The notes under the pieces: generated by a model
The model's input: the letters and a program-made list of their open reading frames with translations, nothing else
Database searches by the model: none
What the model was told of the DNA's origin: nothing
Shown: in pieces, positions 37,832 through 48,225 of the stretch
Layout of the letters: every line of letters starts with the position of its first letter
Numbering within the stretch: the stretch's first letter is position 1
Source: an uncultured Verrucomicrobiota bacterium
Lineage (GTDB): Bacteria > Verrucomicrobiota > Kiritimatiellia > PWTM01
DNA length: 64,000 bases
Assembly (NCBI GenBank): GCA_964402695.1
Contig: CAYODK010000004.1
Location: 7,676-71,675, forward strand
Direction of reading: 5' to 3'
Program-made: the position numbers and the translations under genes

Positions 37832-40516
37832 ATGAGACGATTCTTGTCCGCACATCTCATCGCAACGCTGTCCGCGGGGCTGATCGCCGCCGCGATGGCG
37901 GGGCACTGGCGGTTCGACGGCGACTTCGCGGGCGGCGCCGCGCCCGCGGGAACGGCCGGGGTGTTCGAGAAGGGGACACGGCCGGAGTTCGACGCCGACA
38001 CGCCGGGGACGTCCATCTGGGACGGATCGACGTTCACCTCCGCGAACCCGACGAACCTGTCCTCGCTGCGGTTCGTCAACGAGAGCCCCGACGGCGCGGG
38101 CAGCCCGGTCGGCGGCGAGGTCGTGGTCGCCGGCGCCGATGCACGGCTCAAGACGCGGGGCCTGACCGTCGAGGCCTTCGTGAAGATGGACCGGCAGTCG
38201 CCGCGCCACGCGCTGATCGCCAGCAAGCGCCGCAACGGGCAGACCGGCGCGAGCTGGTCGCTCTCGATCGATCCGACGGGGTGCCTGCGCGTTCGATTCG
38301 ATACGCAGCCGGGCGCCGACTCGAAGAGCGGCGACGGGTTCAATCAGACGATGGGATCAAGCGGTTCCCTCGCGGACGGCGAATGGCACCATGTGGCGCT
38401 GACTCTCGATCCCGCCACCCTCGGGGCAAGCCTGTATGTCGATTACGTGCGCTGCGGCGGCGGGATCGTGAAGGGATCGCTGGTCTACGACGACGGTCCG
38501 CTCGTGATCGGGCGCGGACTCGACGGCCGGCTCGACGAGGTGCGCCTGGGCGGCGAGCCGCTGCACCCCGAGCAGTTCCTGCGCACGGTACGGTTCTACT
38601 CCGACATGAAGCCGTGCGCCCCGGCGGTCGCGCTGCTCGACACGACGCCGACCCGCGTGCAGAGCGCGCTGACGATCGACTGGCCCCGGATCGGCACCCT
38701 GATCCCCAGGCGTGTCGGCGAGATCGGGACGTCGATGTGGTCGCTCGGATGCGAGACGCTCGACCGCGACCTCGCCGATTGGGACGCCTACAAGGCCTAC
38801 CTCGAGCCGCTCGGCATCCGCCGCATCCGGCTGCAGGGAGGCTGGAACCGCACCGAGAAGCAGAAGGGCGTCTACGACTTCGCATGGCTCGACCGCATCG
38901 TCGACGACGCGCACGCGCGCGGCCTGCAGGTGTGCCTGGAGACGTCCTACAACAACCGCCTCTACGAGCCCGGCGGCGCGACGGGCCCCGGCGGCCGGCT
39001 GCCGGAAGGGGAGGAGACGCTCGCGGCGCGGGACCGGTGGGTCGAGGCGATGGCCCGCCGCTACTCCGCGCGCGGCGTCCGCGAATGGATGATGTACAAC
39101 GAGCCGAACCTCAACAAGAGCAACACGCTCGAGAAGATCGTCGCGAACAACATCCGCACGGCGGAGATCATCCGGCGGGTGGATCCGGAGGCGAGGATCG
39201 GCGCCTTCGTGCTCGCCGGGCTGGCCGTCGAGTCCATCGAGAAGATGCTGGAGATGATCAAGGCGCAGGGGAAGCTCGACCTGTTCCACTGGGCGATCTA
39301 CCACGGCTACAGCGGCAACCCCGACCGGCTCAACGAGCGCATGGCGGAATTCAACGCGATGCTCGGGCGCGTCGCTCCGAAGATCCGGCCGTGGCAGGGC
39401 GAGGCCGGCTGCGCGTCGGAGGAGGTGCAGTACGCACTCTCCGGCATCGACTGGACCGAGTACTCCCATGCGAAGTGGAACGCGCGGCGGATGCTGTGCG
39501 ATCTCGGGCACGGGATCGAGTCGTCGGTTTTCACGATCTCCGACCTGGGCTATCACAAGGACTTCATCTCGCGGTACGGGCTGTTGAAGACCAACCCGGA
39601 CAATTCGATCGTCAAGGTGAAGACCGCCTACTACGTCGTGCAGAACGTCGTCTCGATCTTCAATGACACCCTCGATCGCGCGCCGGACTGCGCCGTGACG
39701 GTCACGGGGACGGGGAAGGCTCTGACGGTCTTCGCGTTCCGCGACCGGGCGAGCGGGTTCGGCGTGGTGACGCTGTGGGACGGCACGGAGATCCCCTCCA
39801 ACGGCTCCGATGTCGAGCGGGTGAAGGTCGCGGTCCGCGGCGGGACCTTCAACCAGCCGGTGTGGGTGGATCTCATCACGGGTCAGGCCCACGGGATCCC
39901 GGCGGAGAAGATGACCACCGCCGGCGGAACCGTCACGTTCACGGATGTGCCGGTCTACGACGGCCCCGCGGCGATCGTCGACCGCAGCCTGCTGTCGCTG
40001 GTGCCGGCGCGGGCGAGGAAGGCCTCCGCGCCGGTGCCGGCCGCTCCGTCCGCGCGCAAGCCGGTGGCCGCCGCTTCGCCGCCGATGGACCGGCACCTGC
40101 TGCCCGGGACGCAGCAGCCGGCGCCGGCGGTGCTGGTGTGCGCGGGGGAGGGCGAGGACGTCGGCGACCTCGCGAAGTGGCTGAACGCGCAGGACGTCCA
40201 TGCCTTCGTTGCGCGCATCGACGGGGCGTCCGCGGTCGATGTCGCCGCCGCGATGCGGGAGATCCGCAGCCATGCGGCCGAGTGGCAGGTGAGGGCCGGG
40301 TCCGTCGGCGTGCTGGCGACCGGCAGCCGCAGCGCGGAGGTCGTGAAGGGGGCGATGGGCGGCGCGGACTTCGCAATGCTGCTGGATGCCGGCGACGCGG
40401 GTGTGGCGACGGCGCTGCCGGAGGCGAAGCGCGGGGCCGTGTTCACGGGTCCGCGGGAGGGGTTCGAGGCCACGCTCGGCGCGTGGCTGGAGCGGTTCAA
40501 GGGGACGGTGTTCTGA
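37832..40516 (+). CDS. Secreted LamG + GH39-like glycoside hydrolase + degenerate alpha/beta-hydrolase fusion
   Basis: LTVEAFVK...DGEWHHVALT...LDEVR (LamG); YNEPN and WQGEAG (GH-A); tail PAPAVLVCAG...AKWLN...MREIRSHAAEW. Confidence 0.75.
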   Translation: MRRFLSAHLIATLSAGLIAAAMAGHWRFDGDFAGGAAPAGTAGVFEKGTRPEFDADTPGTSIWDGSTFTSANPTNLSSLRFVNESPDGAGSPVGGEVVVAGADARLKTRGLTVEAFVKMDRQSPRHALIASKRRNGQTGASWSLSIDPTGCLRVRFDTQPGADSKSGDGFNQTMGSSGSLADGEWHHVALTLDPATLGASLYVDYVRCGGGIVKGSLVYDDGPLVIGRGLDGRLDEVRLGGEPLHPEQFLRTVRFYSDMKPCAPAVALLDTTPTRVQSALTIDWPRIGTLIPRRVGEIGTSMWSLGCETLDRDLADWDAYKAYLEPLGIRRIRLQGGWNRTEKQKGVYDFAWLDRIVDDAHARGLQVCLETSYNNRLYEPGGATGPGGRLPEGEETLAARDRWVEAMARRYSARGVREWMMYNEPNLNKSNTLEKIVANNIRTAEIIRRVDPEARIGAFVLAGLAVESIEKMLEMIKAQGKLDLFHWAIYHGYSGNPDRLNERMAEFNAMLGRVAPKIRPWQGEAGCASEEVQYALSGIDWTEYSHAKWNARRMLCDLGHGIESSVFTISDLGYHKDFISRYGLLKTNPDNSIVKVKTAYYVVQNVVSIFNDTLDRAPDCAVTVTGTGKALTVFAFRDRASGFGVVTLWDGTEIPSNGSDVERVKVAVRGGTFNQPVWVDLITGQAHGIPAEKMTTAGGTVTFTDVPVYDGPAAIVDRSLLSLVPARARKASAPVPAAPSARKPVAAASPPMDRHLLPGTQQPAPAVLVCAGEGEDVGDLAKWLNAQDVHAFVARIDGASAVDVAAAMREIRSHAAEWQVRAGSVGVLATGSRSAEVVKGAMGGADFAMLLDAGDAGVATALPEAKRGAVFTGPREGFEATLGAWLERFKGTVF

Positions 40517-40531
40517 TCCGGAGACGATACC

Positions 40532-42775
40532 ATGAGACGCAATCGACTTCGCATGCTTCCGAGGGTTGGAACTCTGGCTCTGCTGGTTGTCCAAGCCTTG
40601 GACGCGCCGGCGGCGGCGGATGGGGCGCTGCGGCTGCGGGGAGGGCGGGGCGAGATGACGGTCGACGGGCGGGGCATCCGTCTGTCGACGTCCGTTGCCG
40701 GATGCCCGGCGGTCGAGGGGCACGACGGTCCGCACTGGGCGGTGCTCGTCCAGCGCGACGTCCCGCCGCCGGTGCCCGGCGAACCGGTCGTGCTGACCGA
40801 TGCGGGGCAGGCCGTGATGCGCACGGCGGAGGACGGCGTGATCCGCCTGTCGTGCGACGCGCTGACGGACGGGAAGCGGACGTGGAAGATCGGCGTCGTG
40901 TTCGTCATCCGTACCGCGGGCGACGGATTCGAGATCGCCGGCGAGGTCCGCAACCACGAGCCGGGCTGGGTCGTGTGCGGCATCACCGGGCCGGTGATCG
41001 GCGGGATCCGTGCCGACCTCGCGACGCAGCCCGCGCTGCTGCCCGAGGGCTTTGGCCGGCGGATCGACCGCGCGCCGGACGCGGCGAAGCCCGCGCCGTG
41101 GAAGCCGTGGGGGCGCCAGTTCGAGATCGAGGCCGACTTCCCGGGGCGCCGCGGCACGATGTCGTGGTGCGCGTTCGCGGGGGCGGCGGGCGGCCTCTAC
41201 CTCGCGTCGCACGATGCGTCGCACGGCGCGAAAACGATCTGCCTCCGCCACGATCCGGCCACGAAGGCGTTCGGCTTCGCGATCAAGCACCGCATGTTTG
41301 TTGCGGCCGGCGGGCGGTGGACGATGCCGCCGACCGTCGTCGCGCCCTACGAGGGAACGTGGCACGCGGCCGCGCGGCGCTACCGCGCGTGGGCCGACAC
41401 GGTGGCGAAGCCGATGGAGCCTCCGGCGTGGGCCGCCGATGCGTCCGGGTGGCTGTTGGCGATCCTGAAGCAGCAGAACGGCGAGGTGATGTGGAACTAC
41501 GCCTCGCTCGGGGCGCTCTGCGACATCGCCGACGCGCGCGGGCTCGACATCCTCGGCCTCTTCGGCTGGGCGCACGGCGGGCACGACCACCTCTATCCCG
41601 AGTACCGGCCCGACCCGCTCATGGGCGGCGAGGCGGCGCTCCGCGCGGGGCTCGCCGAGGCGCGGCGGCGGGGCAAGCGGACCATCCTCTACGCGAACGG
41701 CCAGCTCCAGGAGATTGGCACGGAGTTCTGGGAAAGGCGGGGACGGGCGCTGGCGGTGACCGGCCGCGATGGACAACCGGTGGTGCAGACCTACCACAAG
41801 TACCGCACGACGCCGCCGTTCCGGTTCGGCCTGGGCTGCCTGCGGACGCCGGAATGGTACGACCTCATGCTCGGCCTCGCGATCCAGGCCAACGAGCTCG
41901 GCGCGGACGGCATCCTCTACGACCAGCTCGGCATCTTCGAGCCGATGCCGTGCTACGCGACGGGGCACGGCCACCCGGTTCCGGCGATGGTCTACGCGGA
42001 GGACCGCGTCCGATTCCTGCGCCGCATCGCGGAGCACATGCGCCGGGTGAACCCGGAGTTCATCGTGATGACCGAGGGGCTGCACGACACGGTCCTCGAC
42101 TCGACCGCGATGTTCCACGGCTGCACGCTCGGCACGTTCGAAGTCACCGGGGACGACGTCCTCGGCTGGATCGGCCGCAAGGGCGCCTCGGCCGTCTTCC
42201 CCGAGATGTTCCGCGCCACCTATCCCGAGGTCGCGAGCACGGTCCGCATGCCGACGCCGATGATGGACCGTGCGATGGCGAACTACACCTGCGCGTACGG
42301 CTTCCGCTTCGAGATCGAGTCGCGCTACGCGCCCGACGTCCGGTACCTGCGCGAGGGACGCGTGCCGGAGGCCGCCGACTACGGCGAGGTCATCAACAAG
42401 CCCAACCTCCCGCTGATGAAGTCCGTCCCGCCCGCGGACGCCACGCGGTACCTGCGGCAGGTGGTCGACTTCATGCGCGCCAACGCGGACCTCTTCTGGC
42501 GCGGTCGCCATGTCGACACCGAGGGCTTCGCGTTCCGGGGCGAGGGGCTCGTTGCCAAGGGCTTCGCCGCCGGCGACCGCCTCGGCGTGCTGGTGTGGAA
42601 CCCGGGTGCGAAGGAGGCGCCGTTCACGCTCGACGTGCCGTGCGCCGCGCTGGTGTCGGCGTCGGACCCGGAGCACGGCAAGGCCGATGCGTTCGCCGCG
42701 CTGCCGCCGCAGTCGGTGCGGCTGCTGGTGTGGCGGCGCACGGGGGATGCCGAAACGGGGGGAGGACGGCGATGA
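40532..42775 (+). CDS. DUF6259-domain putative glycoside hydrolase
   Basis: YEGTWHAAARRYRAW, LFGWAHGGHDHLYPEY, ILYANG, GILYDQLG and MTEG motifs. Confidence 0.7.
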   Translation: MRRNRLRMLPRVGTLALLVVQALDAPAAADGALRLRGGRGEMTVDGRGIRLSTSVAGCPAVEGHDGPHWAVLVQRDVPPPVPGEPVVLTDAGQAVMRTAEDGVIRLSCDALTDGKRTWKIGVVFVIRTAGDGFEIAGEVRNHEPGWVVCGITGPVIGGIRADLATQPALLPEGFGRRIDRAPDAAKPAPWKPWGRQFEIEADFPGRRGTMSWCAFAGAAGGLYLASHDASHGAKTICLRHDPATKAFGFAIKHRMFVAAGGRWTMPPTVVAPYEGTWHAAARRYRAWADTVAKPMEPPAWAADASGWLLAILKQQNGEVMWNYASLGALCDIADARGLDILGLFGWAHGGHDHLYPEYRPDPLMGGEAALRAGLAEARRRGKRTILYANGQLQEIGTEFWERRGRALAVTGRDGQPVVQTYHKYRTTPPFRFGLGCLRTPEWYDLMLGLAIQANELGADGILYDQLGIFEPMPCYATGHGHPVPAMVYAEDRVRFLRRIAEHMRRVNPEFIVMTEGLHDTVLDSTAMFHGCTLGTFEVTGDDVLGWIGRKGASAVFPEMFRATYPEVASTVRMPTPMMDRAMANYTCAYGFRFEIESRYAPDVRYLREGRVPEAADYGEVINKPNLPLMKSVPPADATRYLRQVVDFMRANADLFWRGRHVDTEGFAFRGEGLVAKGFAAGDRLGVLVWNPGAKEAPFTLDVPCAALVSASDPEHGKADAFAALPPQSVRLLVWRRTGDAETGGGRR
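40557..40603. repeat. TTCCAA-N3-TTGGAA doublet (copy 3), inside the signal-peptide codons
   Basis: TTCCGAGGGTTGGAA at 40557-40571; 17-bp spacer; GTCCAAGCCTTGGAC at 40589-40603. Confidence 0.7.
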
Positions 42776-44898
42776 GGGCGATGGGCGTGGGGCTGGTGCT
42801 GCTGGCGTTCGCTGCGTCCGTGCGGGCGGAGACCTGCTCGCTGTCGGACGGGGATGTCGAGGTGGCCGTCGATGCGAAGGGCTGCCTGGCATCGCTCAAG
42901 AACCTCCGGACCGGCCAGGACTACGCCGGCGGGGAACCGCTCTGGCGGCTCTACTTCGACCGGCGCGACGGCCGCAAGGAGATCGAAGTCTCGGGGCGCG
43001 ACAATGCGCCCGCGATCCGGCGGGTCGGCGACCGGATCGAATTGCGCTACGCGGGGCTCAAGGCCGCGGGCGGCAGGCTCGACATGCACCTCGTGCTGAC
43101 GGTCCGGCTCGACGGCGGCCTCGTGCGGTTCGGGTGCGCGGTATCCAATGCCGAGCCGGACACGATCATCCGCGAACTGCACTACCCGCTGGTCGGCGCC
43201 TGTCCGATGCCCGCGGACCACCGCCTGCTGACCACGGCGCAGGGCGGTAAGCTCTACCCCGATCCGCGGCGGCAGATCCTCGCCACGGGCAACAACCCGC
43301 CGTATCGGGCGCCGGCGCAGTTCTACCGGCAGATGGACCTGAAGTATCCCGGCGGGACATCGGCGAACTGCTTCGCGCTGGTCGGCGCGACGCAGGGGCT
43401 CTACCTGGCGAGCCACGACGTCACCTTCCAGGACACGTGGCACGGACTGCGGCTCCATCCGGACGCCGCGGGCCGCTTCGAGCGTCTCGAGGTGGGGCTC
43501 TACAAGTACCCGAACTGCCTTGCCGGACGCGCGTGGGCCTGCGACGCGAACGTGATCGCGCCGTACTCCGGCACGTGGCATCAGACATCGCGGATCTACC
43601 GTCAATGGGCCGACACGTGGTGGCGGCAGCGCGAGGTGCCGGAGTGGGTGCAACGGATGAAAGGCTGGCAGCGCGTGATCTTCACGCACCAGTACGGCGA
43701 GCCGTTCTTCCGCTTCGACGATCTCAACGGCCGGATGCGGCGCGCGGGCGAAAGCGTCGGCGAGAACACCGTGCTCGCCTTCGGCTGGTGGAAGTCCGGC
43801 ATGGACAACGGCTATCCCGATTCCTACTGGGTCACCGACCCGGCCCAGGGCGGCGACGCGGCCTGGGCGCGTGCCATCGCGGAGTTCCGCCGCCAGGGCG
43901 GTCGGTTCATGCTCTACTTCAACGGCAAGCTGATCGACGTCGAGAGCCCCTTCTTCCGCGAGGGCGCGGGCAAGGACGTCTGCTACCGCGACAACGCGGG
44001 CATGCCGTACACCGAGCAGTACCGCTTCAAGGGGCTCGGCACCTTCACCGGCCATTACAACGCGCGCACCTTCGTCGTCGCGGACACCCGCGCCCCGGAG
44101 TGGCGCCGACGACTCATCGCGATGGCCGATCGCGCGATCGGGCTCGGCGTCGACAGCGTCTTCTATGACCAGCTCGGCTACGGCGAGGCGGAGTCCAACT
44201 GGGAGACGATCGACGGGTTCGCCGTGCCCAATACGCGCCTGATCGCGGACAAGGCCGCGGCGCTGAAGATGATCCACGACCACCTCGACGCGCGCGGCAA
44301 CCCCGATCTCGCGCTCGGCACGGAACATTTCACCGACGTCTGCGCGCAGCATGTCGATTACATCCACAACATCACCGGCGCGACGGGGCCGACGGACTTC
44401 ACCGAGTGGATCCGCTACACGTTCCCCGAGGTGATCCTGTCCGACCGCGAGATCCGCGACGACACCGATGTTCCCCGCCGCGTGAATCATGCACTGCTCA
44501 AGGGCCTCCGGAACGACATCGAGATCTACCGGTGCCGTGACCTGATCGACCGCACGCCGGGGTACCAGCGGTATCTCGCGCAGATCAACCGGCTCAAGGA
44601 CAAGTACGCCGATCCCCTGCTGCTCGGCCTCTATCGCGACACCGACGGCTTCGCGAACGAGGACGCCGCCGTCGACGCGCGGTGCTTCGTCCACGGCGCG
44701 CGTCTCGCGGTGGTTGCGACGCAGAGCACGCGCGCGTCCGCGGAGACGCGCATCCGTGTCCCGGGCCACGTCTTCCGCGGGGCCGACGTTGTCGGCGCAG
44801 CCGAGGTCGCCAACGCGGATGGCGGCGGGCAGCGCGTGACGGTGGGCCGCGACGGCGTGGCGGTGCTGCTGTACGAGAAGGAGCCGGCGAGGCCATGA
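42772..44898 (+). CDS. DUF6259-domain putative glycoside hydrolase (paralogue)
   Basis: YSGTWHQTSRIYRQW, AFGWWKSGMDNGYPD, MLYFNG, SVFYDQLG and GTEH motifs. Confidence 0.7.
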   Translation: MRAMGVGLVLLAFAASVRAETCSLSDGDVEVAVDAKGCLASLKNLRTGQDYAGGEPLWRLYFDRRDGRKEIEVSGRDNAPAIRRVGDRIELRYAGLKAAGGRLDMHLVLTVRLDGGLVRFGCAVSNAEPDTIIRELHYPLVGACPMPADHRLLTTAQGGKLYPDPRRQILATGNNPPYRAPAQFYRQMDLKYPGGTSANCFALVGATQGLYLASHDVTFQDTWHGLRLHPDAAGRFERLEVGLYKYPNCLAGRAWACDANVIAPYSGTWHQTSRIYRQWADTWWRQREVPEWVQRMKGWQRVIFTHQYGEPFFRFDDLNGRMRRAGESVGENTVLAFGWWKSGMDNGYPDSYWVTDPAQGGDAAWARAIAEFRRQGGRFMLYFNGKLIDVESPFFREGAGKDVCYRDNAGMPYTEQYRFKGLGTFTGHYNARTFVVADTRAPEWRRRLIAMADRAIGLGVDSVFYDQLGYGEAESNWETIDGFAVPNTRLIADKAAALKMIHDHLDARGNPDLALGTEHFTDVCAQHVDYIHNITGATGPTDFTEWIRYTFPEVILSDREIRDDTDVPRRVNHALLKGLRNDIEIYRCRDLIDRTPGYQRYLAQINRLKDKYADPLLLGLYRDTDGFANEDAAVDARCFVHGARLAVVATQSTRASAETRIRVPGHVFRGADVVGAAEVANADGGGQRVTVGRDGVAVLLYEKEPARP

Positions 44899-45824
44899 GC
44901 GGGACGGACGTCCTCGAGTACTTCGGCTATCCCGGGTGTGTGCGGCTCGACAACGGCGCCGGGACGCGCGTGGTTCTGTGCCCGCAAGCTGGCGGCCGGG
45001 TCCTGGAGTACTCGCTCGACGGGGTCAACGCGCTCCACCTCGATCCCGGGCAGAGCGGGTGGCGCCGCGCGCCCGGCGCGCCGGCGGTCGACCCCTGCGG
45101 CGGGCGGTTTGATGTCGGCCCCGAGCGCGTCATCGTGCCGCACCCGGACCTGTGGTTGGGCGACTGGACCGTCGAGGCCGCCGGTCCCCTCCGGGCCCGG
45201 ATGGTCAGTCCGCGCGACAGGGCAACGGGTCTGCGGCTCGTGCGCGAGTTCGCGCTCGACGCGTCGTCGTCGCGGCTCGTCTGCCGGCAGGACATCACGA
45301 ACGAATCGGACCGCACGGTCATGGTCTGCCACTGGAGCCGGACGCTTGCGGTCGGCGGCGGCATCGTCCTCGTCCCCCTGACCGCGCACAGCCGGTTCCC
45401 GATGAACTACGTCATGTACGGCCCCGGCCCCGTGATCGACTTCCGGCCTGAGGACCCGGCCATCCGGGTTCGTGGTGGATTCCTCGAGGTCCTCGGCACA
45501 CCGCAGCGCCCGAAGCTCGGCATGGACTCCACCGCGGGCTGGTTCGCCTACCTGATGCGGAGCGGGCTGTTGTTCGCCAAGCGGTATCCCGTCTTCCCGG
45601 AACGGGTGTACGGCGAGGTGGCGGGCCTGACGATCTCGATCTGGTACTTCAAGGATCAGATGTGCGAGCTGGAACCGATCGGCCCGCGCGAGATGCTGGC
45701 GCCCGGTGCGATGGCATCGTTCTCGGAGGAATGGAGATTGCTGCCACACCGGTTCCCGGACGGGCCGGGCGCGGTGGACCTGGACGGGATCCAGCGCGCC
45801 GTGGATGCGGGGGGGGCGACATGA
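44895..45824 (+). CDS. Hypothetical protein, DUF4380 / galactose-mutarotase-like beta-supersandwich
   Basis: YFGYPGCVRLDN...GGRVLEYSL...GGRFDVGPE; ATGA overlaps at both ends. Confidence 0.55.
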   Translation: MSGTDVLEYFGYPGCVRLDNGAGTRVVLCPQAGGRVLEYSLDGVNALHLDPGQSGWRRAPGAPAVDPCGGRFDVGPERVIVPHPDLWLGDWTVEAAGPLRARMVSPRDRATGLRLVREFALDASSSRLVCRQDITNESDRTVMVCHWSRTLAVGGGIVLVPLTAHSRFPMNYVMYGPGPVIDFRPEDPAIRVRGGFLEVLGTPQRPKLGMDSTAGWFAYLMRSGLLFAKRYPVFPERVYGEVAGLTISIWYFKDQMCELEPIGPREMLAPGAMASFSEEWRLLPHRFPDGPGAVDLDGIQRAVDAGGAT

Positions 45825-48205
45825 CCGGGACCACAGTCGGCGGATGGACGGCGATCGTGGCGGCGCTGGGTGTTTCGGGCCTGGCGATGGCCGCCGGGGA
45901 GGCAGCGCCCCCGGGTCCGGCGCCGGACGCCTTGCTGATCGGCGGCGCGGGCGGCGTCTACTTCCTCGCCGAGCCGGGCGAACTGACGGTCGAGGTCGTG
46001 AAGCGCGATCGCAATCGTCGCGACACGCGGGCGGACCTTCGCGCCATCCTTGCCGGGCCCGACCGACGGGTGGTCGGCGAGGCCACGATCCCCGACGACC
46101 AGCAGCCGGTCGGGCGTGGAATGGGACCGGAACAGCGATGCCGCCTGTCCGCGCAGGTGGCTCGCCGCGGCGTCTATGTCCTGAATGTCACGATTTCCGG
46201 GGACCGGTATGGCGGCGACGTCGTGTGGGGATTCCGCGCGAACTGTCCGAAGTACATGATCGAGACGGCACGGGGCCACCGGGATGCGCGCCACGAGGAG
46301 CCGATCGTCCTGGCGAGCCCGGATCGCGCGGCCAGCGTGTGCTTCATGCCGAGGGCGGGCGCGTTCTCCGTCGAGGTGTCCGGTCTGCCCAAACGCGCCG
46401 CCGGGCCGAAGGTTCTTGACGCGCGCGGAATGATCGTCGCGGCGTTGACCGCCGGGGCGGACGGACACGCATCCAATTCCTTCGCGGCGGCCCGTTCGCG
46501 CGACGCGGTCCCGTGGCGGCTTCAGTTCGATTCGGCGCAGGCGACGATCAACATGGATGGTCTCACACGGTGGGACCGGGCCGATCCCCATCCGAACATG
46601 GCGTGCTGGACGCCGGATCCCGCGTCGTGGTTCGCCTTCCCCGAGAACCGGTGGATGCTGACGCCCTACAGCCGCACGGTGTACGGCGGTCCGGGGCGAA
46701 AGCAGGGGGTCGTGCTCCAGGTTCGCAACGACGCGGCCCGCGAGAGGGTGATCGATCTGGCGGTCGAATTCCCCGGCGAGGCGTGGCCCGTCCAGCTTTC
46801 GACGAATCGGGTGAAGCTCGGCGCGCGAAAGGCGGCCACGGTTGCCGTGACGGTCGAAGCGCCTCCGGACGACGGGGCCCGCGAGTGCCACGTCCGGGTT
46901 GCGCCGGCGGACGGATCCGGATTCTCAACGTACTCGACCATCACGGTACGGCATGGCCAGGCGCCCGCCGAGCGGACGCTTGCGCTGCCGGTTGTGCTTC
47001 AGCCCTACCGGCACGAGAACGAGCTGTTCGGCCATGCGGCCGACATCCCGGCGGAGAGCCAGGTCTACTTCGATCTTCAGAATCGTCCCTTCACCCTGAC
47101 GAGCAAAGGGGTGGCCACGCGGCGCGAGGGGCGGTGGACCGCGTCCAAGCCCGGCGAGGTCACGGGGCAGCTCTGTTCCAAGATCGCGTTCGACCGGGAC
47201 AACAGCCTCTACGTGCTTGCCGCGCGCCGTTCGGGGCCCGCGCTGCTGCGGTCCGCAGACGGCGGCCGGACCTTCGACGCATGCGCGATCCCGGGCAAGC
47301 CCGGCGCATTCGACCTGGAGGAGTTCACGGGGCACAACGTCCCGGACGGGCCGCCGCCGATCCTGCGCTACACGCGGACGGCCAGGGACGCGAAGCTCTT
47401 CTGGCGCGCCCTGCACGACCTGGAGCTGTTCCTGCCGCGGGTGGAGGACGGACGGCTCGTGATGGGCGACCCGATCCTGGTGTCCAGCAATTGCATCGGC
47501 CTGGCCTCGCATTCCGGCATCCCCTCGTCGGTCGTCTCGCGAGGCGGCAAGGTCCACGTGGTGTGGGGCGAGGCCACCGATCCGGAGAACCCCGGCCCCG
47601 GGGTCCCCGCGTTCGTGGCCACCGTCGACCGTGCGACGCGGCGGCTCGGCGCGCCCGCGCTCGTGGGCTGCGGAGCGCCGCCCAACGACATCCACAACTC
47701 GCCGAGCATCACGATGGACGGGGACGGGCGCCTGCATGCGCTCGCCGGCACGCACGGCCGGCCGTTTCCCTACGCGATGTCCCTCGAGCCGGACGCCGAG
47801 GGGGGTCGATGGACGCCGCCCGCGGCGATGGGCGAGGGGTCGGACCAGACCTACGCCGGCATGGTCTGTGGTCCGGACGGCACCCTGCACGCGGTCTTCC
47901 GCATGTGGCGGCGCGGTGTCGAGCCGTTCCCGGCCGCGAGCCACGCGACGCTGGCCTACCAGCGGAAGCGCCCCGGGCAGCCCTGGGAGCCGCCGCGCAT
48001 CCTGGTCGTGCCGCCGTTCTCCGAGTACAGCGTGTTCTATCACCGGCTCACGACGGATCGGAAGGGACGCCTGTTCCTGTCCTATGACTGCTGGTCCACG
48101 CACTGGTTCTACCGGAACGATCTCCCCGCCCGCCGCCGCACGATGATGATGTCCCCCGACGGCGGGGAGACCTGGAAGCTGGCACAACTCGGGGACGTGG
48201 AATGA
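45821..48205 (+). CDS. Secreted protein with a C-terminal BNR-4-like (sialidase-type) beta-propeller
   Basis: Signal peptide; LLRSADGGRTF, NDIHNSPSITMDGDGRLH, QTY, YSVFYH and SPDGGETW motifs. Confidence 0.7.
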   Translation: MTGTTVGGWTAIVAALGVSGLAMAAGEAAPPGPAPDALLIGGAGGVYFLAEPGELTVEVVKRDRNRRDTRADLRAILAGPDRRVVGEATIPDDQQPVGRGMGPEQRCRLSAQVARRGVYVLNVTISGDRYGGDVVWGFRANCPKYMIETARGHRDARHEEPIVLASPDRAASVCFMPRAGAFSVEVSGLPKRAAGPKVLDARGMIVAALTAGADGHASNSFAAARSRDAVPWRLQFDSAQATINMDGLTRWDRADPHPNMACWTPDPASWFAFPENRWMLTPYSRTVYGGPGRKQGVVLQVRNDAARERVIDLAVEFPGEAWPVQLSTNRVKLGARKAATVAVTVEAPPDDGARECHVRVAPADGSGFSTYSTITVRHGQAPAERTLALPVVLQPYRHENELFGHAADIPAESQVYFDLQNRPFTLTSKGVATRREGRWTASKPGEVTGQLCSKIAFDRDNSLYVLAARRSGPALLRSADGGRTFDACAIPGKPGAFDLEEFTGHNVPDGPPPILRYTRTARDAKLFWRALHDLELFLPRVEDGRLVMGDPILVSSNCIGLASHSGIPSSVVSRGGKVHVVWGEATDPENPGPGVPAFVATVDRATRRLGAPALVGCGAPPNDIHNSPSITMDGDGRLHALAGTHGRPFPYAMSLEPDAEGGRWTPPAAMGEGSDQTYAGMVCGPDGTLHAVFRMWRRGVEPFPAASHATLAYQRKRPGQPWEPPRILVVPPFSEYSVFYHRLTTDRKGRLFLSYDCWSTHWFYRNDLPARRRTMMMSPDGGETWKLAQLGDVE

Positions 48206-48225
48206 CGGCTGGAGGGAGTGACACC

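Noticed and set aside
39775-44898. 1707-aa ORF suggesting a giant protein
   Set aside because: Only the part from ATG 42772 is protein-like; the upstream part is an off-frame shadow of neighbouring genes.
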